The notes below the pieces were generated by a model. It searched no databases, was not told where the DNA came from, and saw only the letters and a list, made by a program, of their open reading frames with translations. This document shows positions 1-9,050 of a stretch of DNA of 32,000 nt, piece after piece; position 1 is the stretch's first letter; the number at the start of each line of letters is the position of its first letter. The position numbers and the translations under genes were made by a program. The stretch lies in assembly GCF_000018105.1 (NCBI RefSeq), contig NC_009925.1, positions 5,220,001 through 5,252,000 of the forward strand, written 5' to 3'. The DNA comes from Acaryochloris marina MBIC11017. GTDB lineage: Bacteria > Cyanobacteriota > Cyanobacteriia > Thermosynechococcales > Thermosynechococcaceae.

Positions 1-1
1 G

Positions 2-2413
2 CCGGACATTAGTTATCTAAGTTATGTCAATTTTACCGACCCTGAGGAACTGGATATTGCCTGGAAGCAGGTGTTTCGAGCGTTTGGGATTGAGGAAGCC
101 GAAGCGGCTCCACCGCAAGAATATACACCAAAACAATGGTTTCTGGCTCACCCCTACGGGATGCCACCACACTTTACGGGGCGCGTCGCTGAACGGCAAC
201 TGCTGAGTGATTGGCTAAATCAGGGTTCCCAGCCATTGCTGGTGCTGAAGGCTTTGGGGGGCTTTGGCAAAAGTGCCCTGACCTGGCATTGGTTGCTGCA
301 TGATGTGGAAGAGGGTGATTGGCCCCTAGTGGTGTGGTGGAGCTTCTATGAAGAGAAAGCGGGGTTTGATAATTTTGTCTCTGCTACGTTGGCTTATCTG
401 AGTGGGCAAAAGCCAGATGGTTTGAATCCGACAGAGCGGGTAAGGCGGTTGTTGGAGTATTTGTTGCAGCATCGGATCTTGCTGGTTCTGGATGGGTTTG
501 AGCGGGCACTGCGGGCCTATGGCAGCCTGGGGGCGGCCTATCAAGGAGATGGGGAACAGGAAATCGCCGATGCGGGGCGCGATTGCGTGAATCCGGGGGC
601 GGAGTTGTTTTTGCGGAATTTGGCGAGTTTGCCGAAGCTGCAGGGCAAGGTGCTTATGTCTACCCGGTTGAGGCCCCGTCCGGTGGAGGTGACTGGGGGG
701 GCTTTGCTGCAGGGCTGTCAGGAGGTAGAGCTGACACAGATGCAGGCAGCGGATGCGGTGGCGTTTTTTCGGGTGCAGGGGATCCGGGGCAATCGGGGAG
801 AGATCGAGCAGGCTTGTAAGGCTTATGGGTTTCACCCGTTAAGTTTGCGGTTGCTGGCGGGGCAGGTGGTCAAGGACTTGCGCAATCCGGGGGATATTCA
901 GGCGGCACAGCGGCAGGATTTGACGGGGAGCCTGGTGCAGCGGCAACATCATGTGTTGGAGCAGTCCTATAACATTTTGAGCCTAGAGGGGCGGCAACTG
1001 CTGAGTCGGATTGCCTGTTTTCGCAGTCCGGTGACCTTTGAGGTGCTGGCGGCATTGGCGACAGAAGAGTCTGATTTAGAAAATGGTTTGCAGGATTTGA
1101 TCGAACGGGGATTGGTGCAGCGGGAGGGCCAGCGATTTGACCTGCACCCGATTGTGCGGCGCTATGCCTATGACCGTATGGAGACGACAGAACGCAGCAG
1201 CACCCATGGCCAACTGCGGGACTACTTTGCGGCGGTGCCGGAGGTGGAGCGGGTGAAGACGGTGGATGACCTGGCCCCGGTGATGGAGCTGTATCACCAT
1301 ATGGTGCGGGCGGGGCAGTATGACGAGGCGCTGAAGTTGTTTAGAGATCGTCTCGACAAACCCCTCTACTACCAACTCGGAGCCTACCAACAATATATCG
1401 AACTCCTCCGTGCCCTCTTTCCCCAGGGGGAAACCCAGCTCCCCCAACTCCAGTCTGAAGATGGCCAGGGTTGGACGCTGAACTCGCTGGCCAATAGCTA
1501 CAGCCTCAGCGGTCAACCTGCGCAGGCTGTGCCCCTGTTTGAGCAGAGTTTTTTGCTAGCGGAAAAGCAAGGAAATAAGAAAAACTGGGCGATCGGCCTG
1601 GGTGCTGTTGCCTCTGTTGCGTATTTCCCTATCGGTGCCCTACAAGCCGCTGAAGCCAACCTGCGCCGTCGAATTGCCATCTGCCAGGAGCTTGAGGACG
1701 AGTTCCGGGAGGCGATAGGACATCGGGATTTGGGACGACTGCTGGCTTGCTGGGGAGACTGGGGAGCAGCGGCAGAAGCGTTGGATCGGGCACTGGAATT
1801 GTTTGAGAAAGGTAACAATATCCAATCCCAAGGAGTTGTTTGGGTCTATCGAGCTTTAAGTGCTTTGCTGCGGACCCGATCGCACCAGACCTCCAATTCA
1901 CAGCGGACTGAACTTGCTGCCACTGCCCTTGCCGCCGCCCAGCGTGCGATCGCCCTGGCCGATGAAGATACCCGTACTCGATACCCCCACGAACGAGACT
2001 ACGTCCGCGCCCACTGGCTCCTCGGGGCTTCCCACCGCCTTACCCCCGATCTCTCTGCCAGCGACCACCACCTCAACGAAGCCCTCCGCCGCTGCCGCGC
2101 CATCAATGTAGTTTCCGATGAAGCCGATATCCTGCTCGACCTCGCCCGTCTCCGCCGAGACCAGGGCAATCTCCCCGAAGCCAACCGTCTGGCCGAAGAC
2201 GCCCGTGCCATTGCAACCCGCAGTGGCTACGTCCTCCAAGGGGCCGATATTCATCTATTTTTGGCCGAGTTAGCCCAGGCGGCGGGCAAATTGCCGGAAG
2301 CGAAGGAATTGGCCCAGACGGCGTTGCAGTTGGCCACCTGTGATGGCGGAGAGTTTGTTTATCGGGTCGCCTATGACGAGGCGGTGGCGCTGCAGTTGCA
2401 GCTTGGGGGATAA
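2..2413 (+). CDS. NB-ARC-type STAND NTPase with C-terminal TPR-like repeats (5' end probably off-window)
   Basis: The frame is open from nt 2 (23 sense codons, no stop) into the 780-aa ORF, whose first in-window start is GTG 71. Motifs seen: Walker A GGFGKS (nt 257-274), Walker B-like ILLVLDGFE, RNBS-B-like LMSTR, GLPL-like GFHPLSLRLLAG and MHD-like DLHPIV. The C-terminal ~380 aa are TPR-like helical repeats. Confidence 0.8.
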   Translation, partial: PDISYLSYVNFTDPEELDIAWKQVFRAFGIEEAEAAPPQEYTPKQWFLAHPYGMPPHFTGRVAERQLLSDWLNQGSQPLLVLKALGGFGKSALTWHWLLHDVEEGDWPLVVWWSFYEEKAGFDNFVSATLAYLSGQKPDGLNPTERVRRLLEYLLQHRILLVLDGFERALRAYGSLGAAYQGDGEQEIADAGRDCVNPGAELFLRNLASLPKLQGKVLMSTRLRPRPVEVTGGALLQGCQEVELTQMQAADAVAFFRVQGIRGNRGEIEQACKAYGFHPLSLRLLAGQVVKDLRNPGDIQAAQRQDLTGSLVQRQHHVLEQSYNILSLEGRQLLSRIACFRSPVTFEVLAALATEESDLENGLQDLIERGLVQREGQRFDLHPIVRRYAYDRMETTERSSTHGQLRDYFAAVPEVERVKTVDDLAPVMELYHHMVRAGQYDEALKLFRDRLDKPLYYQLGAYQQYIELLRALFPQGETQLPQLQSEDGQGWTLNSLANSYSLSGQPAQAVPLFEQSFLLAEKQGNKKNWAIGLGAVASVAYFPIGALQAAEANLRRRIAICQELEDEFREAIGHRDLGRLLACWGDWGAAAEALDRALELFEKGNNIQSQGVVWVYRALSALLRTRSHQTSNSQRTELAATALAAAQRAIALADEDTRTRYPHERDYVRAHWLLGASHRLTPDLSASDHHLNEALRRCRAINVVSDEADILLDLARLRRDQGNLPEANRLAEDARAIATRSGYVLQGADIHLFLAELAQAAGKLPEAKELAQTALQLATCDGGEFVYRVAYDEAVALQLQLGG
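1946..1953. repeat. HIP1 octamer GCGATCGC (first of at least 13 copies)
   Basis: Copies found by eye start at 1946, 2812, 2913, 5116, 7743, 11717, 13180, 15773, 16552, 17308, 25198, 28316 and 30546. About 0.5 copies would be expected for a random palindromic 8-mer in 32 kb. HIP1 over-representation is a known cyanobacterial hallmark. Confidence 0.9.
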
Positions 2414-2568
2414 GAACGTTGGCGACGGACAAAGCCCTTGCCATTGATGTTTCACCTTGCGCAGGAGTGGACGGAATTTATAATCCAGGCATCGACCAAA
2501 ACGATTGGTCAACCCACAGCTCCATGTTAGATAAAAGTTGACTGCAGATCTCAGCGACTTATTCTTGA

Positions 2569-3933
2569 TTACAAGGTAAAAGTAAAGTCATTGACCAATA
2601 ACCCTGGCATCCGAGAACCACCCAAGGAGCGAGCACCATAGGTGTCTACGCAGGGAATAAACTCCTGGGTATCCGTGAGGTTCTCTAGCTTTGCACCTAA
2701 AAATTCATAGAGACTGTCGTCAAACCGCAGGTCTTTAATAGGTGCGATAATTTCACCTTGCTCCACCCAAAAGCAGGCATAGCGGGTCATCCCCGTGATT
2801 CGTCCGCCAGTGCGATCGCTCCAGTTTAGGTAATGCAAATTAGATAGGTATAATCCCGTTCCCAATTGCGCCAGAATATCTGCCGTACTGAGGGTTCCAG
2901 GTAATACTTCAGGCGATCGCATCCCTTCATGAGCACTGGCGGCATTACTTTTAACCTGATATTCCTTGGCCGTGCGGGCATTAACTAGAGTATTAACGAG
3001 CTGACCGTCCACCAGCAGAGGTACTTCTTCCGGGGCGACCTCCCCTAAGCTATTAAATCGAGGTACTAAGCCCAAGCTGAAGTTCTCTTTTAGAGTCAAA
3101 TGGGAGGACAAAGACTTGCCCTCTCGCAGTTTAGCTAGGGCACTGCCGCCCTGCTGCATGGAGGCTTCACTCACCCCACCCCAGGACAACATACCTATCA
3201 ATTCGGCAGTGGCAGCAGGGGCAAAATAGGTGCGATATTGGCCCGGTTCAATCACCTTAACGGGTCGATCTAACATTTTGAGCTGGGTGATGGACTGCTG
3301 GATTTTGTCCGTGTAGGCGGTTTGGTCCCAGGTTTGGCCCGCCAGAGTTGCTTTGACGGCCTTCTCGGAGGGGGCAATTAAGGAATAATCGAGCACAAAG
3401 GTTTCCGTGGCAAACCAATGCTGCTGGCCTGCGGAGTTGCGGTTGGCTCGGACAATGGGACCTGAGGCATAAATGCCTGTAAAATCTACCCCTTGCACCG
3501 CTGGTAATAGAGCAGCAGAGACCTGATCGGGTGCGAGTAACTGACCAGGATAGGCTTCCCGACTAGAGCCATAGTTTTCCGGCAGGACAATATAGGGGTC
3601 TTCCGGTAGCTGGGGTAAGTCTTGGCGCAGTTGTTGGAGCTGCTCTAGGGCCACGGCACTGTCTACCGCCAGATCCCCTGTAAAGGGGAAGCCTGCGTAG
3701 GCAGTGCGCTGGTTGGCAATCAAGCGGATATTAATGCTGGCATCGGTCACCAGGCCGGTCTGGCGAACTTTTCCAGCATTGAGGCGCATAAAGTGGCTTT
3801 GTTCCCCCGCCAACTCAATGGAGAGATGTTCTCCCGCCTGTAAGTTATCCAACAGCAGGTCGGCCAACTGATTAAAGGTGGACTCCCAAGCCGCCAGGGT
3901 TTCGGTGGGGTGGGTGGCAACACTGGTGCTCAT
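2569..3933 (-). CDS. pmbA: PmbA/TldE-family protease subunit
   Basis: 454-aa ORF with TldD/PmbA-family character but no HExxxH motif. Its ATG overlaps the stop of the upstream tldD-like gene (ATGA at 3930-3933), which indicates translational coupling. Confidence 0.8.
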   Translation of the reverse strand: MSTSVATHPTETLAAWESTFNQLADLLLDNLQAGEHLSIELAGEQSHFMRLNAGKVRQTGLVTDASINIRLIANQRTAYAGFPFTGDLAVDSAVALEQLQQLRQDLPQLPEDPYIVLPENYGSSREAYPGQLLAPDQVSAALLPAVQGVDFTGIYASGPIVRANRNSAGQQHWFATETFVLDYSLIAPSEKAVKATLAGQTWDQTAYTDKIQQSITQLKMLDRPVKVIEPGQYRTYFAPAATAELIGMLSWGGVSEASMQQGGSALAKLREGKSLSSHLTLKENFSLGLVPRFNSLGEVAPEEVPLLVDGQLVNTLVNARTAKEYQVKSNAASAHEGMRSPEVLPGTLSTADILAQLGTGLYLSNLHYLNWSDRTGGRITGMTRYACFWVEQGEIIAPIKDLRFDDSLYEFLGAKLENLTDTQEFIPCVDTYGARSLGGSRMPGLLVNDFTFTL

Positions 3934-5369
3934 GCGGCTCCTCCAAATACTTCGATTTCTTTAAATACACAGGTGGGTGAGGCATGGCCGACCCGGATGC
4001 ATTGATTGGGTTCGCCCTTGCCACAGTAGGGGGTGCCATACATGGCAAAGGTGCTGGCATCCCCCACTTGAGCCAGGTTCCCCCAGAATTGATTAGTAAT
4101 GCCTCGGTAGTTGGGGTTGCGTAAGACCTTGGTCAGCTTGCCGTTTTCGATTAGGCGGGCATACTCACAGCCAAACTGGAACTTATTGCGATAGTCATCA
4201 ATGGACCAGGATCGATTGGCCTCCATATAGACCCCAGATTCGATATTGCTGATCATTTCCTCAAAGGAGGATTGGCCCGGTTCTAGATTTAGATTGGCCA
4301 TCCGGTCAATGGGGGCTCGATTCCAGGAACGGGCTCGGAAGTTAGCCACCCCAGGCACCTGGGCTCTGGCTTGGCTTTCTAAGCTCCCTAGTCCCCGCAG
4401 TAGCAGTCCTTCTTTGATCAGATACTCTCGCTGGGCAGGCATCCCGGCATCATCAAAGGCATAGCCCGCAAATTCACCGGGGACTGTAGGGTCAAAGGTA
4501 ATATTCATCAGTGGCGACCCATACACCAGATGACCAAAATCAGAGAGCTTTACAAAGCTAGACCCGGCATAATTGCGCTCATCTCCGAGGATCCGATCCA
4601 GCTCTAAAGGATGGCCGATACTCTCATGAATTTGTAGCATCATTTGGTCTGGTGCCAGTACCAAGGTGGTGGTAGCTGTGGGGCAGTCTTCAGCAGCCAG
4701 TAGGGCAATGGCCTGTTCCCCCACTTGCTGGGCACGGGCGAGCACCTGGTCGGGGTCAAACACTTCAGAGCCAGCTTGATAACAGCGGGCTAAGGGACCA
4801 TTATCGGTGCGCTTTTGGATAATGCTGCCGTCCTGGGCTGTCGCTTCATAATTGGTGATCACAAACCTAAAGGTTTGGTGGGTATCCGTACCATTACTGC
4901 TAACGAAGATCTGTTCGGTTTCTAAGGTTTGGGTAAAGGCGCTGGTTTTAACAATTTGGTCGGAGACGTGGAGGGTGTCACAGACTTTCACCAACAGATC
5001 CAGCTGATCGGCAACGCTAATCAGGTCCAAGGGCTGCTGAAAGGGAGATTGGTATTGGCCCACGGCCTTGGGACGCACCTCGGGAGTAAAGGAGTGGACC
5101 GCCCATTTAGAGGTTGCGATCGCTTGTTGATACGCCTGCTCGGCGGCCCCTTGTAAACTAGCTGGGTCTAAGCGGTTGGTGGCGGCATAACCAAACTGGC
5201 CTTCAGCAAGGACCTCCACCATCACGCCCTGGGTAAAATCGCGACCATTACTTTGGGGTCGCCCGTCACGAACGGCATGGGTGGTGGTCTTCTCATTCAC
5301 CTGACGGAGGCCCACCCAATCCGCGTTGATATCTAAGGTGTTGAGAGCCTGATGAAGGTCAAACTTCAT
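3930..5369 (-). CDS. tldD: TldD-family zinc metalloprotease
   Basis: 479-aa ORF with the HExxxH motif HESIGHPLELD typical of TldD. It is paired with the PmbA-like gene by a 4-nt overlap. Confidence 0.88.
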   Translation of the reverse strand: MKFDLHQALNTLDINADWVGLRQVNEKTTTHAVRDGRPQSNGRDFTQGVMVEVLAEGQFGYAATNRLDPASLQGAAEQAYQQAIATSKWAVHSFTPEVRPKAVGQYQSPFQQPLDLISVADQLDLLVKVCDTLHVSDQIVKTSAFTQTLETEQIFVSSNGTDTHQTFRFVITNYEATAQDGSIIQKRTDNGPLARCYQAGSEVFDPDQVLARAQQVGEQAIALLAAEDCPTATTTLVLAPDQMMLQIHESIGHPLELDRILGDERNYAGSSFVKLSDFGHLVYGSPLMNITFDPTVPGEFAGYAFDDAGMPAQREYLIKEGLLLRGLGSLESQARAQVPGVANFRARSWNRAPIDRMANLNLEPGQSSFEEMISNIESGVYMEANRSWSIDDYRNKFQFGCEYARLIENGKLTKVLRNPNYRGITNQFWGNLAQVGDASTFAMYGTPYCGKGEPNQCIRVGHASPTCVFKEIEVFGGAA

Positions 5370-5776
5370 ATCTATATTGCTCGATAAATAAGGTGCGTAA
5401 GCGCTAGTCTAACGTTTCCTAAGAGGGCACAACAGCTCTTTATTAAAATGAGTGTCGCTTCATCATGGATTTCCCAAAGACCGAATTGTGGAGGGTTAAG
5501 CCAACCTAATATTTGGAAGCCAGCTGTTGATTCACAATTGGTGTCGTCCTCACTACAGCCACAAGCGCACCCCAGCAATGGTGATGGGATTGCTCCAAAG
5601 GCCCGTTAAAATCGTCGAGATATTGACAGTCAAAGCTTTTGCATACATCGCTTCTTAACTGAACAGTGCCTGGAATTTGGCACTGACTTAACCATTCAAG
5701 CAATAATAAAGTTTAGACGTGCTAACCAACATACCTAGATGTAGTTAATCCTAGAAGCATCTCACCAATCAGGAGC

Positions 5777-6454
5777 TTGATAGTGGTTCAAACTGAATTA
5801 CCACCCACTGATGGACTAATATCCACCCCTGTCGCCGAGCAGCGCTTAACCCTCCATAGCGTGAGTTGGGAGACTTATGAAAAGATCTTAGAGGCGTTTG
5901 GTGAACATCGGGCTGCCCACATCACTTATGACGAAGGAATTTTGGAATTTATGGTTCCTTTGGAAGCCCATGAAAACCCTAGCGACATCATTGGAGATTT
6001 CGTCAAGGCTGTGACCAGCGAAAGTGGCTTCAATATCAAAAGTATGGCCTCTACAACGCTTCGTCGCCATGACCTGCTTAAGGGAGCTGAGCCTGATCGC
6101 TGCTACTACATCCAAAATGAAGCCTTAGTAAGGGGACGAACGGTTGATCTAGAGAAAGATCCTCCCCCTGATCTAGTTATTGAAATTGATATCACCCATA
6201 CGGATGTCGATAAAAATAGCCTCTATGCGGTGATGGGAGTACCAGAGTTCTGGCGCTACAATGGCAAAACGCTTAGTATTTTTCAGCTTATTCAACGTCA
6301 ATATCAAGAAGTCGAAGTTAGTCCTACCTTCCCTTGGGTTCCCAAAGAGATTTTTTATCGATATTTAGAACAGTGTAAACAGGATGGGGAGATCCCAGCT
6401 CTAAATGATTTGAGAAGCTGGCTTCAGACCCATCAGCCCGATCAAGAGCAATAA
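5777..6454 (+). CDS. Uma2 (DUF820) family putative endonuclease
   Basis: 225-aa ORF with a PD-(D/E)xK-like core (PDLVIEIDITHTD) and the PEFWRYN segment typical of cyanobacterial Uma2 proteins. The TTG start at 5777 is preceded by AGGAG (5771-5775); GTG 5783 is an alternative start. Confidence 0.7.
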   Translation: MIVVQTELPPTDGLISTPVAEQRLTLHSVSWETYEKILEAFGEHRAAHITYDEGILEFMVPLEAHENPSDIIGDFVKAVTSESGFNIKSMASTTLRRHDLLKGAEPDRCYYIQNEALVRGRTVDLEKDPPPDLVIEIDITHTDVDKNSLYAVMGVPEFWRYNGKTLSIFQLIQRQYQEVEVSPTFPWVPKEIFYRYLEQCKQDGEIPALNDLRSWLQTHQPDQEQ

Positions 6455-6567
6455 CTCCTAAGTCTATTGCTAGATTGGATGAGCATTTACTTTCGCTCAG
6501 ATCATGACCATTAGTGAAAAAGTCATTAAGGGTGCTGTGCTGATAGGCATAGAAGAGATCTGGATAA

Positions 6568-7134
6568 ATGTTTAGAACTGCTTTTCCACGTTGCACTGTC
6601 CCAGGCTCAGTTGAACCCGTTCCATTCTCACATCTCACAAGTAGGGGAGCTGTTCCCCAAAAGTGTCGAAATTGCGAATACCTATTTGAGGGAGAGTGTA
6701 TGCGGGCGATGGAGCAAGTACAGGGATACCTGGGACTCGATCATGGCCCGTGTCCCATTAAAGGCCCCACAAATCCTGTTTTGGTGGATACACCCTACTA
6801 CACCAGTAAAGTTTATGTCTCCGCAAAATGTCGGTCATGCCGGGATCTCAAACTAGATGACATCCAAGGGTTTGTGTGTAGTTACGAACAAGAGCGTTGG
6901 GGAAGCTTTCCGCGCACACTGGATTGGGGATTATGGAACCCAGCACATCCTAATCTGGGTCTCAAAAGTGGACGCTCGGTTCCAATTGAATTTATTCAAG
7001 CGGTTCAAGACCAATACGAGGCGCAAGCTGTCAAAGCATTTCGCGCTGCTCATCCTGACGCGACCTTTCGAGAAGCGAGGGATGCTTACGCAGAATTACT
7101 CGCTAAATTACAGGACGATTTAAACAAAGACTGA
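6568..7134 (+). CDS. hypothetical cysteine-rich protein
   Basis: 188-aa ORF. It has two CxxC-plus-C clusters (CRNCEYLFEGEC and CRSCRDL...C) and an acidic helical C-terminus. I recognise no family. The overlapping alternative-frame ORFs are shorter and less protein-like. Confidence 0.5.
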   Translation: MFRTAFPRCTVPGSVEPVPFSHLTSRGAVPQKCRNCEYLFEGECMRAMEQVQGYLGLDHGPCPIKGPTNPVLVDTPYYTSKVYVSAKCRSCRDLKLDDIQGFVCSYEQERWGSFPRTLDWGLWNPAHPNLGLKSGRSVPIEFIQAVQDQYEAQAVKAFRAAHPDATFREARDAYAELLAKLQDDLNKD

Positions 7135-7249
7135 ATTTCCTGTATGCTGCTGACCCTGTCTAATCTTGGCGTTCTGCCTTTGACGATTAAAAACCGTTAG
7201 AGAATAGCAAGGCAGCGTACAATAGTTCAGTTGAAATCTAGGCAATACA

Positions 7250-8545
7250 TTGATCGAGCGGTATACCTTGCCCAAAATGGGCGATCTGTGGACAGATGAG
7301 AATAAGTTCAGAACCTGGTTGCAGGTGGAAATTGCCGTTTGCGAGGCCCAGGCAGAACTGGGAAAGATTCCTGCCGATGCCTTGGCCACGATCAAAGCCA
7401 AAGCCAATTTCGACGTTAAGCGCATTCTAGAAATCGAAGCGGAAGTCAAGCATGATGTGATTGCGTTCTTGACCAACGTTAATGAGTACGTCGGTGAAGC
7501 TGGACGATATATCCATTTGGGCATGACCAGCTCTGATGTGTTGGATACGGCTATTGCCCTGCAGATGGTGGCCAGCCTCGATATCCTGCTGCCCCAACTC
7601 GAAAATCTGATTCAAGCCATTCGTTACCAAGCCCAGCAGCATCGCCAAACCGTGATGGTGGGCCGTAGCCACGGTATTCATGCCGAGCCGATTACCCTGG
7701 GATTTAAGCTGGCAGGCTGGTTAGCTGAAATGATGCGACATCGCGATCGCCTGATCGCAGCGCAAAAGGAAGTCGCCGTCGGTCAAATCTCGGGTGCCGT
7801 TGGCACCTATGCCAATATTGACCCTCAGATTGAATGTCTCACCTGCCAAAAATTGGGGCTACAGCCAGAAGCCGCCTCCACCCAGGTAATTTCCCGAGAT
7901 CGCCATGCCTACTATCTCAATGCCCTAGCTTTAGTGGCCGCCTCCATCGAACGATTTGCGGTAGAAATTCGCAATCTTCAGCGCACGGATGTGCTGGAAG
8001 TGGAAGAATTCTTTTCCAAGGGGCAAAAAGGCTCTTCGGCCATGCCCCACAAGCGCAACCCGATTCGGTCAGAACGACTCACGGGACTGGCTCGGGTGGT
8101 ACGAGGCTATGCCATGACAGGGCTTGAGAATGTGGCCCTCTGGCATGAACGGGATATTTCCCATAGCTCTGCAGAGCGGGTGATTGTCCCCGATGCCGCC
8201 ATCTTGACCCACTTTATGTTGGTGGAAATCACCGACCTAGTGAAACATCTCCAGGTCTATCCCGAGAATATGAAGCGGAATATGAACCTGTATGGTGGCG
8301 TTATCTTTAGCCAGAGCGTTTTACTCGCCCTGGTGGATAAAGGCATGGTGCGCGAAGATGCCTATGCCATTGTCCAAACCCATGCTCACCAGGCTTGGAA
8401 CAAAGAAGGCGGAAATTTTAAAGCCGCCCTCAGCCAAGACCCACAGGTGCAAAAACTGCTCTCGGCTGAGGAACTAGACCACTGCTTTGACCCCAGTCGC
8501 CACTTACAAAACCTCGATCAGGTTTATCAGCGATTGGATATCTAG
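7250..8545 (+). CDS. purB: adenylosuccinate lyase
   Basis: 431-aa ORF. The N-terminus MIERYTLPKMGDLW matches the canonical PurB N-terminus when translation starts at TTG 7250. It carries the fumarate-lyase signature GSSAMPHKRNP. Confidence 0.95.
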   Translation: MIERYTLPKMGDLWTDENKFRTWLQVEIAVCEAQAELGKIPADALATIKAKANFDVKRILEIEAEVKHDVIAFLTNVNEYVGEAGRYIHLGMTSSDVLDTAIALQMVASLDILLPQLENLIQAIRYQAQQHRQTVMVGRSHGIHAEPITLGFKLAGWLAEMMRHRDRLIAAQKEVAVGQISGAVGTYANIDPQIECLTCQKLGLQPEAASTQVISRDRHAYYLNALALVAASIERFAVEIRNLQRTDVLEVEEFFSKGQKGSSAMPHKRNPIRSERLTGLARVVRGYAMTGLENVALWHERDISHSSAERVIVPDAAILTHFMLVEITDLVKHLQVYPENMKRNMNLYGGVIFSQSVLLALVDKGMVREDAYAIVQTHAHQAWNKEGGNFKAALSQDPQVQKLLSAEELDHCFDPSRHLQNLDQVYQRLDI

Positions 8546-8549
8546 GGGG

Positions 8550-8993
8550 CTACCACTTCTTATAGGGTAGGAACTTACCGCACATGGTTACCTGAACGCG
8601 ATCTCCTTTTGGATCTGGCACTTTATCCACCTCAATGGAGAAATCGATGGCACTCATAATACCGTCGCCAAATTTCTCGTGAATCACGGCTTTAACCGGC
8701 ACCCCATAGACCTGCATAATTTCATAGAATCGGTAGACTAAGGGGTCCGTGGGAATCACGGGTTCTAAAGAGCCTTTCATGGGCGGCACGGTTAGGGGTT
8801 CCGCCAACTCTGCGGGTAAGCCCAAAGCTGTAACAATTTTCTCGGCTTCTTCTGTAGAGGCACTCGCCTGGCGGTAAATCACAGAGGCAATCCAGGTTTC
8901 ATCACAGCCGACAATTTTTTCTAAATCTTCAAAGGAAATACCTTTCGCTTTCTTTGCTGCTAGGAGTTTCTCGGTAATTTCAGCAATGGCCAT
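8550..8993 (-). CDS. cynS: cyanase (cyanate hydratase)
   Basis: 147-aa ORF with near-canonical cyanase sequence ([41 protein letters not shown]). It is the last gene of a cynABD-like transporter operon. Confidence 0.95.
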   Translation of the reverse strand: MAIAEITEKLLAAKKAKGISFEDLEKIVGCDETWIASVIYRQASASTEEAEKIVTALGLPAELAEPLTVPPMKGSLEPVIPTDPLVYRFYEIMQVYGVPVKAVIHEKFGDGIMSAIDFSIEVDKVPDPKGDRVQVTMCGKFLPYKKW

Positions 8994-9050
8994 AGGAATG
9001 GGTTCTCCAAAATAAGAAATTTGCAGTCGAAAAGTGAATATTCAGGGGGG

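Noticed and set aside
326-2512. Many long alternative-frame and antisense ORFs inside the STAND gene (for example 326-835, 1076-1516, 1513-1818, 1898-2254 and 2103-2444).
   Set aside because: They lie entirely within a motif-rich 780-aa ORF. Their sequences are low-complexity and rich in Pro, Arg, Ala and Gly, and are explained by the locally high GC content. They carry no independent coding signal.
5372-5703. Two small Cys-containing minus-strand ORFs upstream of tldD (68 aa starting MLGCACGCS..., and 65 aa). I considered them as possible RiPP or microcin-like precursors, because TldD/TldE process microcin B17.
   Set aside because: Both start with TTG, lack a Shine-Dalgarno sequence and overlap each other. 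The Cys-rich stretch is at the N-terminus rather than in a C-terminal core. No modification-enzyme genes are nearby. TldD/PmbA pairs are common housekeeping genes.
6324-6638. A 104-aa minus-strand ORF spanning the Uma2 / Cys-rich gene spacer.
   Set aside because: It overlaps the ends of both better-supported plus-strand genes and has no recognisable features.
8546-8549. There is only a 4-nt gap between the convergent stop codons of purB and cynS, which leaves no room for terminators.
   Set aside because: Tight convergent packing is common. Overlapping 3' UTRs are possible but nothing specific can be inferred from sequence alone.
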